Origin: Vitrella brassicaformis CCMP3155
Lineage: Eukaryota > Protista > Chromerida
Assembly: GCA_001179505.1 (NCBI GenBank)
Contig: CDMY01000055.1
Location: 62,001 to 126,000 of the forward strand
Direction of reading: 5' to 3'
Length of the DNA: 64,000 nucleotides
Numbering within the stretch: position 1 is the first letter of the stretch; each line of letters begins with the position of its first letter. Below, in pieces: positions 49,919 through 63,700 of this stretch. A program made the translations under genes and the position numbers. Below the pieces are notes generated by a model. That model searched no databases and was not told the DNA's origin. It was given only the letters and a program-made list of their open reading frames with translations.

Positions 49919-52900
49919 ATGGCAGGGAAGAAGGGCCCCGAGAAGCCCAAGGCAGACATCGCAAATCTGCAGGTACTACTGGAAGGGAAACATGCCATTC
50001 ATTTCAACGTCGCCCTGTTGCAGATATCTCAGTATGGCGGGTTTGCGGCACGAAAGGCCAAGGAGAGGGCCGAGCTGGAGCCGTCCATCGACGTGCTGCT
50101 GGAGACCTGCAAGCAGCGGCTCCTGGAGGCAAAGAAGGAATACATGGCCGTCACAAGCCAGCTGGGCAAAGGCCAGGCCGCCAACCTCGATGTCGAGCCC
50201 AAATTCGCTGCCATGCAGGTCGACAAGAGCCTGCATGGCGTCTCCCCAACCATAGAGAGATGTTTCGATGAATGGTGTTTGGTTTGTCTGCAGGCGGCAC
50301 TTCAGCAGCTGCAGAGGCAAGCCGTCGACGAGTCCGATGACCGAGCGGCCCTTTCAACCGTGGCCGCAGTAACCCGCCGCTCAGCAACGTACCGGAGCGG
50401 CGCACAGGCCGCATTTATCGCAACATTAAGGGCGCTGCTCCATGACCTCTTGCTGACCACTGACCCGTACCTCTCTCTCTCTCTGAGCATGGTCAGTTCT
50501 GTCCTGCTGCTGTCTCTTGGTCTTTTTTCTTGCAGAGCCAGTCGATTGGACCACTTGGACAAGACGTTCAGGTGGTAAGTTAAGCTGGCTGGCACGGACG
50601 TCTCATGTGTGAGCCAGGCAGACACAGGCACACACACATACACGCCCGCAGCTGATTATGCCAAGTGTTTCTGTGTGTCTGATGACAGGTTCAAGAAGGA
50701 GGCTGCCAGTTGGGGAGTAGACATGGAAGGAATCGCTGCGGTACCGACACAAGCCCGGCACACCGAGGGATGGAGAGATGGATGGCTGGGGGGATGGGTG
50801 ACGATATCCCTGGTGTGTTCAGGCGGAATCAGGTGAAGCCGAAGGCCCGACCGAAGTCGGTGCAGGCTTGAAGGAGGGCGAGGGCACAGAAGAGGACCAG
50901 CAAGCTGAAGAGGAGTCTGCCGAAGGAAGTAGCGAATCCGAGGGGCAGGAGGAGCAGCAGCTACCTGAAGAGCAAATCAAGGAGGACATCGCTGCAGCTC
51001 AGGAAGGTGAAGAGCTCGACCCGTCCCGCTTTCCCGGCAGCACCTTCTATTCCGCTGATTGGAAGCAAGAAGAGCTGCCCAGAGAAGAAGAGGAGACCCC
51101 CAAGGTTCGACCGAAGAGCCTACTGGCCCGGCTGATGCCTTCTTTGAAGCCCCTGACGCCGCCCGAGCGACTCCGCCAGGATTACCGCACCAAAGAGCTG
51201 TTTCGGAGCGACATCCAGCCTGCAGAGGGGCGCTCTCACACGCCATCCACAACAACGGGCGGCGGGATGTTCTCAGGCGTCCCATCCACAGGGCGATGGG
51301 CGCACAAAGGCATGGCTGTGTCCCGCCCTGAGACAGCCCACATTGCTCTCACCACTCCTTCCCAGCCGGCGTCTGCTCTCGGGTCCAGGCCGGTGTCTCG
51401 CCCATCTGGGATGAGGGAGAGGCAGAGGGGCGAAGACGGGACTGTCCTGACGGGCAAAGGGCCGACCGATGTCGTGCAGTCGCAGAAATGGGGTGACAAC
51501 GAGACAAGAAGTCGCCACACACACCACTTTGTCTGTTTTGTCTATTTTGCCTCCTGTGCAGATTCTTCTTGGCAGCGAGCGGCTGATATCGGGAGGGGCC
51601 CCAGGACTGCAATGGATACCGGGACCGCGAGACTGCTCTTGCCATCGGAGTTGTCAGCACTGCGTTGCCGTGGAAACGCCAGAGGCAAACATTGCGTTCT
51701 ACTGATTGCAGGTCTGTCGGCCAGCGGTGGATTGCCAAGCGGCACGCACAAGTCGACGAGGCCATGTAAGGAGGAGACACAAACATGCCATGGATGCGGA
51801 ATGCCACCGGCTCCCTGGTCCTTCCTCAGTCGCCGAGAGGAGTTCTCTGCCTTCATGAGCGACTATGCGTCGAGGCAAAGGCGTCTAGAAGAAGCCATCA
51901 ATCGGTCACACCTCGCAGACATGAGACACGTCCCCCAAACGCCCATTCTCTGTCTGTCTGTCTGTCCGTTCGCCCGCCCGCCTGTCTGCCTCTTTAGGCG
52001 CATCGAAGCCAAGCGGTACGGGGCCACCCTGCAGCAGCGGGCCTACATGATGCCCCCTGACGCCCATCTAGACGTCCATGAAGACATGGCAGCGCAACAG
52101 CGATACCTTCAGTTGAGGAAGGACGAGGACGAGCGCCAAGGCCGGCAGCAGCGGAGCCAGGAGGACCAGCCCGGCGAGTCGAGTCTGCTCTCGCGGACAG
52201 CCTCGAGGCTGCCGAGCGCGGCTGTCAGTCGAAGGAACACCGTGATGCCTCAGGCCGAAGAAGCAGATGAGACGGCGAATGAGTGTGAGCTTGCTGAAAG
52301 AGCGAGACAAACAGACACGGGCGCTGTCTCGCCTTCCAAGTCTCATTCATTGTTGCTGCTGCTGGTTGGTTGCCTGCGTGGGTCCGTGACAGTCGATGAG
52401 ATGCTGCTGTCTCGCCCTCCACTGTTGAACCTTGTCGGGTCGACTCAGGTACGCTACCTACACCTGTCGCTGTCTGCAAACACATGTGCAAGCATGCTTT
52501 GAAAGGGACGTTGTGTGTGTGTGTCTTTTCAGCTGGCAGCTCCCACTGAAGTGGATTTGTCGCCGTCGGCAGCCCAGTCGCCAGAGGCCGCAGACGCGAC
52601 TGCCATCGATGAGTCAGTCAGCATTCTTTGCGTCAATCGAGTGGCAGACAAACAGTCCACATTAATGAATCACGCCGGGATGCATGTGTGTGTTTTGCTT
52701 TGCAGGGCTTCGCGGCCGGGAGTCTCCATCAAGCCCGGGGAAGACGTGCAGCAGCACGAGTTGATGCTCAAGAGGCACCTGTACCAGCACCTCATGGTGA
52801 GTCAGACACATCAAGCAAGCAATCATCTCTCTGTTTCTGTGCGCATGAATGCACCAGGCGATCCCCGGCTACGAGCAGGATGGTTCTCCGCTGTCCCCCC

Positions 52901-53427
52901 CCTCACTCACGTCACCATCTCTGGCACCATACCCACCCAGGCAGCACATCGACAAACGGCACGACCCCTGTGCTGTCCTCGCCGCGCCCTGCACACTGTG
53001 GAGTGCCAAGCACCACCTGACGAAGAAGGAGGACCAGGGGAGTGGAGGTGGCTTGTCGCTTGATGCCATCAGGAGGAGGCAGTTGTGGGAGGTGGAGACG
53101 GCCAAGCAGATGATGGCCAAGATGGGCACGATGGTCGACAGTGCCGTCATTGACAAGGGGCTCGTCATGCCACTGCACCAGCTCAAACGAGGGTACGCAG
53201 GGAGGGAGGGAGGGAGGGAGGGACACACTGCTCGACCACTCAGCCCAACAGCATCACTGTTTGTGTCTGTCTCTGTGTGTGTCTGTCTGTGTGCCCACCC
53301 GCCCACAGTGTGGCTCCTCACACGACTGTGCCCCGTCTGTTGATCAACCCGCTTTACGAGACCAAGGAAGGAGAAGGCCGGCAAGGGCAAAAAGAAAAAG
53401 GCCGGAGGCAAGAAAAAGAAAAAGTGA
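49919..53427 (+). CDS. Large multi-exon coiled-coil/low-complexity protein, unknown (possibly ciliary)
   Basis: Coding-like exons from MAGKKGPEKPKADIANLQ to RRQLWEVETAKQ..VIDKGLVMP..RLLINP and a Lys-rich tail. May be split into two genes. Confidence 0.45.
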
Positions 53428-54899
53428 TCAATGACCGTACCGACCGACCGGACTGTGCGTTTGAGTGAGTGAATGAAGAGCCGAGAAGCTCAGCACGGAC
53501 AGACAGACAGCCAGCCAGACAGACAGACAGACGGACGGACAGACGGGCGTATGATCGGTTCAATTTGGTGTGGCCATTGTGATGAATCCGGGCCATTGCG
53601 TTGGTCTTAGCTGAGTGACGCCACTACGGTGTTAAAGCGTCGGCAATGGAAACGTCCGTCCACAGTCGGTGATCGAATTGGTTGGCAGGAACAGACAGAC
53701 AGACAGACATGCAATGCCGTCACTCACGCACGTGTACTAAAACAGCGACGCAAAATTCCGCACCCAGCCAGCTATGCGCTCATGCGACTAGACAGACAGA
53801 CAGACAGAAGGCCATCCGAGCCAGGGAGCGTTAGTCGTACGGACACACACACACACAGACACATGGAGGGCTGGATTCACGTCCCGTTTTGCCAGTGCAG
53901 TGCAGCAGAAGAGAATGAGGTCACGCAGCTAATATCGACACGGATGGATGGATGGATGGATGAGTGGATGTGTGTGAGTGAGTGAGGAAAGGTCAGGCAA
54001 GGCAAGGAGAGAAAAATGCGGCGAAAGCAATGCAGCAACGAGCGAGCAACGCTCCGGGCGGTTTCCCGCGCCGCCCAGAGGCACTGACGCGTGAATGACA
54101 CTGCCTGTATCCAAGACCCTGTTCTCAACCACACGCCACACCACGCCACATAACACAAGACAAGACAAGACAGAGAGAGATCAGAGGCGCAAACAGTCTA
54201 CCCACCCACGAGAAACAACACCTTCTTCCCCTCTCCCCCCCCGCCAGACAAACCAGCCAGGGGGGGCGACACTCTCTGTATGAGTGTGTGCATGAAGGAC
54301 AGAGGCATCCGTCCGTGGCAAAATTCATCCCCTCTGCAGTGCACATGACCGGTGCGAAACGGAAAGACAAAAACAATACTCAGGCACTGTTGTACTGTGG
54401 GTATGGACTGACAGCACACGTCACGTGCACACCAAGGGAAGGAAGGCAGGGCGCAAAACAAGCGGACACGCCGACTCACAGACAGACACAAGTCCCTGCC
54501 GACTGACTGACTGACTGTCAAGGCGTCTGTCGGGCTACTGAGGCAGACGACGGCAAAACGGGCGGTGACGACAGCGCCGCATTTGCGGATGGATGGATGG
54601 ATGTCTATGGATGTCTATGTATGTCTGTGTGTGTACGAACAAACAAACCCACCCATGTGTGTGTGCCTCACAGTCTGTCTCTTTGCTGCATAGGCATGGA
54701 TCCACACGCATAGCACACGGACAGGCACACGCAACCCAATCAAGCTCCAGATAAACGCCCGGCCATGCGTATCCATCCACTCACTCACACGTAGGTCCAT
54801 CGATATATAAACATTCCTCTCCTTCCCTCTACAGTCTCTCTCTCGCCCCCTCCCTCCCTCTCTCCCTCTCTCTGCCTCCCTCTCCCCCGGGCCTTTGGC

Positions 54900-57036
54900 C
54901 TAGAAGGGTCGTCTCAGCTTCCTCAAAAACGCCGCAACGCCCTCGGCGTGGGTCGTGGACGCATACAGATCCTCACCAACCAGCGCCCGGCACCGCGCCG
55001 TCACCTTGTGCAGGTTGCGCCGGGGCATATAGGGCACCAGATGATGCTCGATATGATAGTTGAAGTGCCCCACCCAGCACGACACCACGGCGTCCCACGA
55101 CCCCATCACCACACGCCGCAACACAGACGGAAAGGAGGCCTTGTCGTCACCAGCAGCAGCAGTAGTGAAGCCGTGCAAGCCGTGGTCCATGGCGGCGCGG
55201 TTGTGGTTCTCTGTGACCCCGGCCTGGAGGGCCACAAAGCCGTGGAGCCGCTGGTCGACGGCCGACGTCTGGTGGACCGTCCCGAGGTACTGGTCGACAG
55301 TGATCGCGTCGAACAGGAAATGGTTGAGCGATGCGCACAGGGCCAGCGAGGCAAAGCCGAACTCGCCGACCAGCATGATCCATGACGCGTAATGCCACGA
55401 CGCGCCGAACAGCAGGGTGGGGAGGAAGGGAGCCGCCATGCGCGCCATGATCCCGCCGAACACCAAGGCGTCCCGTCGCTTTGCGGCTTCGACGACCGAC
55501 CTGGCAACCTCTAGAGGCATGTAGATCCACAGAATGACGAAGAACCACATGAAGCTGGCCCATGTGGCGTAGCCGGTGGAGAGCTTGTCGAGGGATGCTT
55601 CGAGCAGCTGAGCGGGGTGCCAGTAGACGAGGGGAGTGGTGTCGAGGGACTTGTCGCGGCCGACGACGTGGGGAAAGGCGTGGTGGGCGTCGTGCACAAT
55701 GGCGCCCTCTGACCAGTCGATGCCGCCCCACACCACGGCAAACCACTTGCAGAAGCTGCACACGGCCCGGCCCCCACACACACACAGCCCCCATGTGAAT
55801 GGGCATCCATAAGGTCGCCTGTCCCTCAGCCACATACCGCTTTCCCTGTGCTTTGGTTTCGAATGCCGACTGATGGCCGACGTCGTGGCAGAGGTACTGC
55901 CCGAGCAATGCGCCAAAAGCCCCGCACCCGATGCTCGCCACATAGAGCAGCCATCCCCACCAGCTGGCAGGGATTCGGCCCTGGATGCACCAGTGGGCTG
56001 TCAGGAGCGAGATGAGGAACAGCACAGGGCCCTGCATGTCCCACAACCAGTGCCTCAACGGGTACGCGAACAGCCCCTCGGCGGCGAACTCCTCGATGAG
56101 TTTGTGCAGGGCCTTGTCGCGGCTGCACATGAGGTCGGACGTGTCTTCGCCACTACTGGCGTCTGGCTGAGTGAGGTAGCCCATCCAGCTGACGCGCAGC
56201 CGCCGCCACACCTGATCGGACTTGATGTGTGCTGTGTAGAACGAGAGGGAAGCATCGATGCCTGAAGGAATCAAGGACACAAAACAAACCAACCATGTGG
56301 AATGCGTTTCCCTCCTCCATGGCGCATCCGTCTGTCCTCACCAACGAAATCAGCCAGGAAGTTCCCTCCAGGGTGTTTGCCGGGCGCCGTGAGTCCGCTG
56401 ATGTCATAGACGCTGCCGTTGATGATGGTCCACTGCCGGCCCTCCTTGACTGCCTGCCGAAATGCGGCCGGCGTGACGTACTTGGGAGTCTTGGCCTTGA
56501 GGCGCATCTCGTGCTCGTGGCGCACGTTGAGGCGGTCACCGTTGCCGTGACGCCACCACCTCATCAGGTGGTCTGCCCACGCACAAGCTGCAAGCAGAGC
56601 AGAGCAGAGCAGAGCAGAGCAGACAGGCAAGCAGTCTTGTCCACTGACGTGGCCCTGCCCAGTGACTCTCTCTCTCTGCAAGCGTGTTCACACCAGTGAG
56701 TTGGTAGAGCACACAGCCTCCCAACAAGACTCCCACCAACGTGACGGCGCCTGCATGACAACACCACCAACACGCAACACGTGAGTGCAGCGAAGCAAGC
56801 CGTGAAAGAGTGATGTATGTCCTCTGTCTGAGTGACTGTCTGGTCTGCTCACATCGTGTCCACAGTGTTGGCTCGGAGACCAGGGTCAGCCCGACAAGCC
56901 CAACACCGAAGAGGAGGGCATTGACGAGCAGGGCGTTGCCAGCGAGCCAAGGCGGCCCCGATACCCGCTTGGCTTGCATCAGCACCTGCTGGACGACCTC
57001 CCTCCGAGATAGTGAGAAGAGGTCAAGGAAGCCCAT
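54900..57036 (-). CDS. Cytochrome b5-fused fatty acid/sphingolipid desaturase
   Basis: VYDI..KHPGG b5 motif; His boxes HDVGH, HDAHH and HIEHH; several transmembrane segments. Confidence 0.9.
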
Positions 57037-57448
57037 CGAGGCACTGGCGGCGCGGGACGGCGGACGATGGTAAAGTGGGTGCTGCCCAGCCGCAGATCAG
57101 CCACCCTGAGCCCTCCAGCTGACCACCTCAGATTAGCTCCACCGCACGCAGACACACGGACAAATCCTCGGCAGCAGAGAGACGGCCCTTCTGTGGCTGT
57201 CTTTGTGTGACCTTGCTGTGTGACCTTGCCGTGGAGCCCTCTCTTCCTCAGAAGCTAAGCTCGCAGATTCTCGAGCGCGCACCCACCGGGTTCTCCGCCC
57301 TCCCCTGTCCCTTTGTCCCTCCGCCTTTTTCACCCTTGGTTTGATTGGAATCGACAGACCGCCCCTGTCCCTCCAAGCCGACTGACTGACGGGTGAGGTG
57401 TTTGTGCTGGCCTTGGCCTTCTTTCCTCTCCTCGCCTTGGCTTGGCTG

Positions 57449-59222
57449 ATGGAGGACCTTCGTGCGAAGGACCAGTTATGGGCGCAGAGTCCCGCTGGCG
57501 ACATGGTGCGGGATGTGATCCGGACGCTGCAGGAGAGCGACCCCGAGGTGCCCTCATCCATCCAGTCGCTGCAGCCGGAGCTCAAACGGGTCGACAGCGA
57601 CCCATCCATGCCCACCGGGGTGGCTAACGGCATCACAGGCGACCCAGAACAGAGGCAATCGTCCTCACAGATTGCTCAGGTGGGATGGATGGAGAGTACC
57701 TAGGGGGGAGGGGTGAGCGCACGATGGATCTGTGTCTGTGTGTGTGTGTGTGTGTATTGTGTGGATGCAGCCAGGAGGTTTTCGGCGTCAGTATTTGGTG
57801 CATCGCAGGAGGGGCGGCTTCGGCAGACACAGAAGCTACCCACCGTGAGCAGCACACTCGAACATACAGCTAGCTGGCCACGGACGAGCAGCAGCAGACT
57901 GTCCCTTGTATATGTATGTGTGTCCACCTCCCTCTCTCTGTGTCAGTTTGGTTGAGAAGATCACTGATCCCTTTTTATACACCCGTTTCCAGCTCATGGC
58001 CGATGACGAGGCCGACAGCGATGAGGCCGACGAGGAGTCCCTCTCACCAGAGTCGGACCGGGGCAGGAGGCGACGCTCTGCTCGCGGCCGGGGCGTGCGG
58101 CCGCTCCAGCCGCTGCCCCCCGAGCTGGAAGGCTACGTGGAGCTGGCCGAGTCGGCCGAGGCCGAGAAGGGCAAGCGGGCCAACACGCGGCAGACGGTCA
58201 TCACGATCCTCAAGTCGTTCGTCTGCTCGGCCTTCCTCTTTTTACCGAGGGGCTTCTACAACGGCGGCCTGCTCTTCTCCCTCCTCACCATGGCGTGCTC
58301 GTGGATCTTCTCTGTGCACTGCATGATTCGGCTCATCAAGTGCGCGAGGCCGGGCCGCGAGAGCTACGGGGACATTGGCGAAGCCGCCCTGGGCGTCGTG
58401 GGCCGCGTGTTTGTGGAGATCTCCGTGGTGGTCTCGCAGATGGGCTTCAGCACTGTGCTCATCATCCTGTTCTGCACCACGGTGCAGGACTTCCTCAACA
58501 CCATCGGCCGCTGCGACCCCTCCTACTATGTGGGGCTGGGGATGCTGGTGGCGCTGCAGTTCCCCCTGCAGGCCCCAATGGCGTGGGTGCGGCGCATCAA
58601 GTACTTCGGGCCCGCCATGCTGGCTGCCGACTTTTTCCTGGTCTTTGGGATGCTCATTATTTTTGGGTTTGTCATTGGCCGTCTGTCTGCGTTTGGGGTG
58701 CGGCCGGTGCACCTCATCAACACCAAGTCGTGGCCGCTCTTCGTGGGGACGGCCGTGTACATGTGGGAAGGTGCGGTGCGCGAACCAGCCAGCCAGCCAG
58801 TGGCAGGCAGACACAAGAAGCCAGGGGGGCATGCCATTCGCTGTGTGTCCTGTGTCATGTGTGTGCAGGTGTTGGGCTGATTTTGCCCATTCGTTCGTCC
58901 ATGAAGGAGCACCTGAAGCCCAAGTTCCCTATGGTGTGCACACCTGCAGAGATGTGACACCTACTCAATCAACGGACCGGACCCCTGCTCGCTCCCCCTG
59001 TGTTTGTCTGTCATGGGTTGTCAGATCTTGTTTTTCAGTTTGTTGGGCGTGCTGGTGGTCTATTCGCTTTTCTGCAGCTTCTCGTACCTGGCCTATGGCT
59101 CCGACATCCGTGACGTCATCACTGTCAACCTACCTAACACACCCGCCGTATATGCCGTCCAGGTACGCTACACGCCAACCACAGGCGCACTCATACACAG
59201 TTCCCTGTGTGTGTGGTCCTGA

Positions 59223-59272
<50 letters not shown>

Positions 59273-59813
59273 ATGATGGCCCTGGCAGTGTTCCTGACGA
59301 CGCCGCTTCAGCTGTTCCCCGCGGCCAAGATCGTCGAGCACTGGCTATTCGGCATCGGGGGGCGCGTGACGCTGCTCAGGAAATGGAAGAAGAACCTCGT
59401 GCGCACTGTCATGGTACGCACGCATGATCAGATCACAAACCACACCACTCCACAAGCAGACCGACACACATATGATATGTGGCTGTGCGCTGCGCCTGTC
59501 TGTTGCTCTCTTCTCTCAGATCGCGATTTGCCTGGCTGTGGGTTACTACGGGCGCCCTGAACTGGACAACTTCGTGGCGCTGGTGGGTGCGGTGTGCTGC
59601 GTGCCGCTGATCTTCATCTACCCCTGCCTGTTCCACCTGATCCTGGAGCGGCAGACGGTGTCGCTGGTGGGCAGCGCCACAGACCTCTTCATGGTCATCC
59701 TGGGGTTCGTCATGATGGGATTCACCGCATGGCAGGCCATCGCGACATGGCACCCCACTGGCAACTTCTCGAGGTGCTCAGAGATGTTCGACGTCCCACA
59801 CGCGACGTCCTGA
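57449..59813 (+). CDS. AAAP/Aa_trans amino acid transporter, Avt3/Avt4-like (multi-exon)
   Basis: PGGFRRQYL N-terminal motif, TILKSFVCSAFLFLPRGFYNGG, SYGDIGEAALG, FVGTAVYMWEG, LDNFVALVGAVCCVPLIFIYP. Confidence 0.9.
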
Positions 59814-60798
59814 CACCCACCTCTTTTGTGTGTGAGAGTGGGCTCATTTGTTGGGTAGAAGTGAGGATGGGGAAGAGGCTGGAGGGGGGAACTCAGGTGG
59901 TGGGTGGGTGGGTTTGGTTGGTGCTGGGCTGTCCGACAGGATGAGATAAAGTGGGTGGGTGAGGGCGATACGTCTAGCGCTATGTGGCTCGGCGAGAAGA
60001 CATGTCATATGTGTGTATCGTATTGTATAACATGGCGTTACATGGGAAGCATGCTCGGTGGACCGACAGATACGTATGTACTGTAAGTGCACTGCGCGTG
60101 CATGCATGCGTCTATGTATGTATGTCTGTATGTCTACATAAGGCTCCCTGTCCAGGTGCGGTGCTTTGAATGGACCGCCTCTCTCCACCTGTCTCTCTCT
60201 CTCTCTCTCTCTCTGGCTGGCTGCCTGTGGTGGCCTGTGTGCGTCGCTATTGGTACTGTCTTGTTCTCTGCGCGCGTGTGTGTGCTCCAACACCGGGGAC
60301 GCCCCTTTTTCTCTGTGTAATGAAGTTTCTGAGGACAGGACAGGATGGGTCTCACTCACTGGGTCTGCCGTGTCGTGAGTGCTTTACGTGCTTTTTCTCA
60401 CACACTTGTCGAAAGAGGTTGAGGGAGGGAGAAAGGGTGGTTTTTCCAGACATGTGTCGCCTGCCTTGCCTGCGTGTCCGTACGGACGGACGGACGTACG
60501 TCACGTCAGTGTCAATCCAAACGCAAACAGACTGACAGATCCAGCTGCGATAGCGGAGCTTTTTAGCTTGCACACTCGAGTCGAGATCGACTGACCCCAT
60601 TACCCAGCGAATCGTATTGCCGCTGTTGAGATGCAGCACATCTGTGCAGCAGCGGCTTCGCAGTGCCGACTCGTCGGCAGTACTCATCGTCAGCGCATAT
60701 CATCCCCACCCGTCAGCCCCAATTCCCCCCAACTCGACCCGTTCGCGCCATCAGCGCCTCATCGAGGGCCGGCGCACCCCTCCTTACCTATCAGCATC

Positions 60799-63700
60799 AT
60801 GCCATATGGCATTCCTGACGGCCGCTATCAAAAACACGCCATCAACGACCACAAACCAGCGGCAGAAGGCCCCAAATCGCTGAGAGGCGGCTTTCCGGTG
60901 ACCATGACGGCCGCAAATGGGCATAAGGGCCCAGCTATGACCACAACTGGGAGGTTTCCGCCCCACAAAGCCACCAAGATGAGCATCTCTGGGACCAGCA
61001 TGCCATCAGCTGCCGCGCCAGCGGCCAGCATGTCGGCTATGATAAAGGGCAAGTATGACGGGACCGGGGCCATGCATGGGAGCATGAGCAGGGAGAGGGG
61101 AATCGTCAACGGCAACGTGCCACACATCGCTGGCCCCACTGCCGTGAGGGTAAGTTCGTGAGTGGGGGAGACACCCAAACCTGCAATGAGATCATGGTTA
61201 AACTTCTCTTCGTTCGCAGGTCTCCGGTGGTATTCATGGAAGGCTGTTTGTCGAACAGCAGACGTCACCGAGTCTGCACCGACGCACACCGAGGCCGGCC
61301 ACACCGATGCCTCGTGATACGGCCATGACGGGGAGCGGGAGGCTCTATGTGAGGCGGGAGAGTGAGGCCGTGCATGGCAACAGAATGGATGTGCTCGGTG
61401 GGAGCGGAGGGAACGGGAGCCTCAACGGCAACCCTCCACACATGAGGGTGAGTGAGTGACACACACAGAAACCTTTTCTCAGGATGTCTATGTGCTGTCG
61501 CTCGCTTTGTTTTTATTTGTTCAGGACGGCGGTGGCCAGCAGGTGCACTCGGCATCGCGTGTCAGCAATCTGGGCAATGTGGGAACGGACACCAGTGGAG
61601 ACATCCTGAGGAACTCCAATGTCATGTCAGCCGTCAAGGGGGGCCACAGTGATGCCATGACGGTTAGCGCATGAGCGAGCGAGACACAGCCATACGCAGC
61701 GGACAGATGCATAATATGTTCTTCTTTCGCAGGTCGGTCGTGTTGAGAACCTCGTGGGCAGCAGCCAAAGGCCGCCGAGCCTGCACGTCCGGCACCCACC
61801 AAGGCCAGCCACACCGATGGGTGGCCATGTGGCTGTCAACAACAGCGGGAGGCTCTGTGTGGGGCGGGAGAGTGGTGCCACACATGGCAGCAGAGTGGAT
61901 GTGCTCGGTGGGAGCAGAGGGAAGGGCAACGTCAGCGGCAACCCGCCACCCAGTGGGAACTCCACTGCTGTGACGGTGAGTGAGTGAGTGATACACACTG
62001 AAGCCTGCACTCAAAATGTCCATGTGCCGATGTGATGTGGTCGATTTTAGGACGGCGCTGCGCGGCCGCATGCATCGCGTGTCAGCAGTGTGGGCGCTGT
62101 GGGCGTGGAGCCTAGTGGACTCCACCTGAAGAACCCCAATGGCATGTCGGCCATCAAGGGGGGCAACACTGAGACCGTGACGGTGAGTAAATGAGCGAGA
62201 GAGACACAGCCATACGCAGCTGACAGATCCATCATGTGCTCTTTGTTCCCAGGCCGGGCGTCTTCAAGAGAGACCACTGCCTCCTCAGAACCTCATGGGC
62301 AGCAACCAGAGGCCACCGAGTCTGCACCTCCGACATCCACCTAGGCCGGCGTCAGCGATGCCCGGCAACGTTCTCACGAGCAACAGTGGGAGGCTCAGTG
62401 TGCGGGGGGACAGAGAGACCATGGATGTGGGCAGAGAAAGGGGCAGCATCAGCAGCAACCCATCACACAACAGCAGCACCGCAGTGAGGGTGAGTGGGCG
62501 GGCGCGGCGCATGCACGAGACACACACACAAGCTCTATCCATATGTTCATGCGCTTGCGATGCTCTCTTGTTCAGAGTGGCAGTGCTCGCCTGTCATCGA
62601 AGTCGATGGCCGGCGGCGTGGCCATGGCAGTGGGTGGACAGAGGGACAGCAAGAGCGCCACTGGCCCGCCTCGCCCGATGATATCGGCCAGGAATGGCAG
62701 CAGGACGGCGATGCGCGTCACACAAGACACACGACGGCCTCACAACCAGCACACCATAGCGAGGGTGAGCGATTGCACGAGCACGAGACGCGCACAAACC
62801 TGATTGCGAGGATGATTTGTTCGCCCTGTTGGTTGATGCAGGATGGCACCACAGCCGCGTCGGTGCCGCCCAATGTCAGCCACCGCAACCCGGCCATCAA
62901 CCGGCGAGTGTGTAGCCTCGCCTCACAGAGGGACACCAACAACACCAAAGCACCCACAGCAACCAAGGTGAGAGAGAGAGAGAGAGAGAGAGACGGACAC
63001 CACACGCATCAATGTCATCCATGTCTCTGTGCCTATGATTGCCAGGTTCGCAACGCCTTCATGTCGTGGCTCCGCCGCCTCCAGAAAGGCCTGACCACCC
63101 TGACAAGGCGCCAAAGCCTCCCACCCACCGCCGCCCCGCCCCCCTCTCACACACATACACACGCAGCCCTCACACAGGATGACGCCCAGAAGGTCATATT
63201 CTTTGACCTCGACGATACACTTATACCGAGCCATTACCTGGAGGCTCTGGGCGTGCATCTCTTCCTGGCGGCATGCGCCAAAGGCCAAGAGCCTGACGGC
63301 CAGGGCCTATTCCAAGGCGTGTCCACTGGGCAGCGGGAGAGCACAGCTGAGGAGGTGGTCAAGGCCTTTGAGGAGACCGGCAGGGCGGCCGAGGAGGTCA
63401 TCCAGGTTTGTCTGCGGGAGGGATGGCAGCCTATCCTGGTTACGAATGGGACACCTAGATGGTGAGTCATCTGATATACACACGAAGTCACAATCCATTC
63501 ATCCTGTTCTCTCTCTCTCTCTCTCTCTGTCTGTCTGTCTGTCCGTCTGTCTGTCTGTCTACAGGCTGGATGCCGTGTTCCAGCAAGGGGCATTCGAGCG
63601 CCTGGGACGGGCCCTAAAAGACGCCGGGGTGCCCGTCATATCGGCCCGCCAGCGTGCACTGAGTCGGCTCCTGCGCCCCAGCATGGACAACGAAACGATG

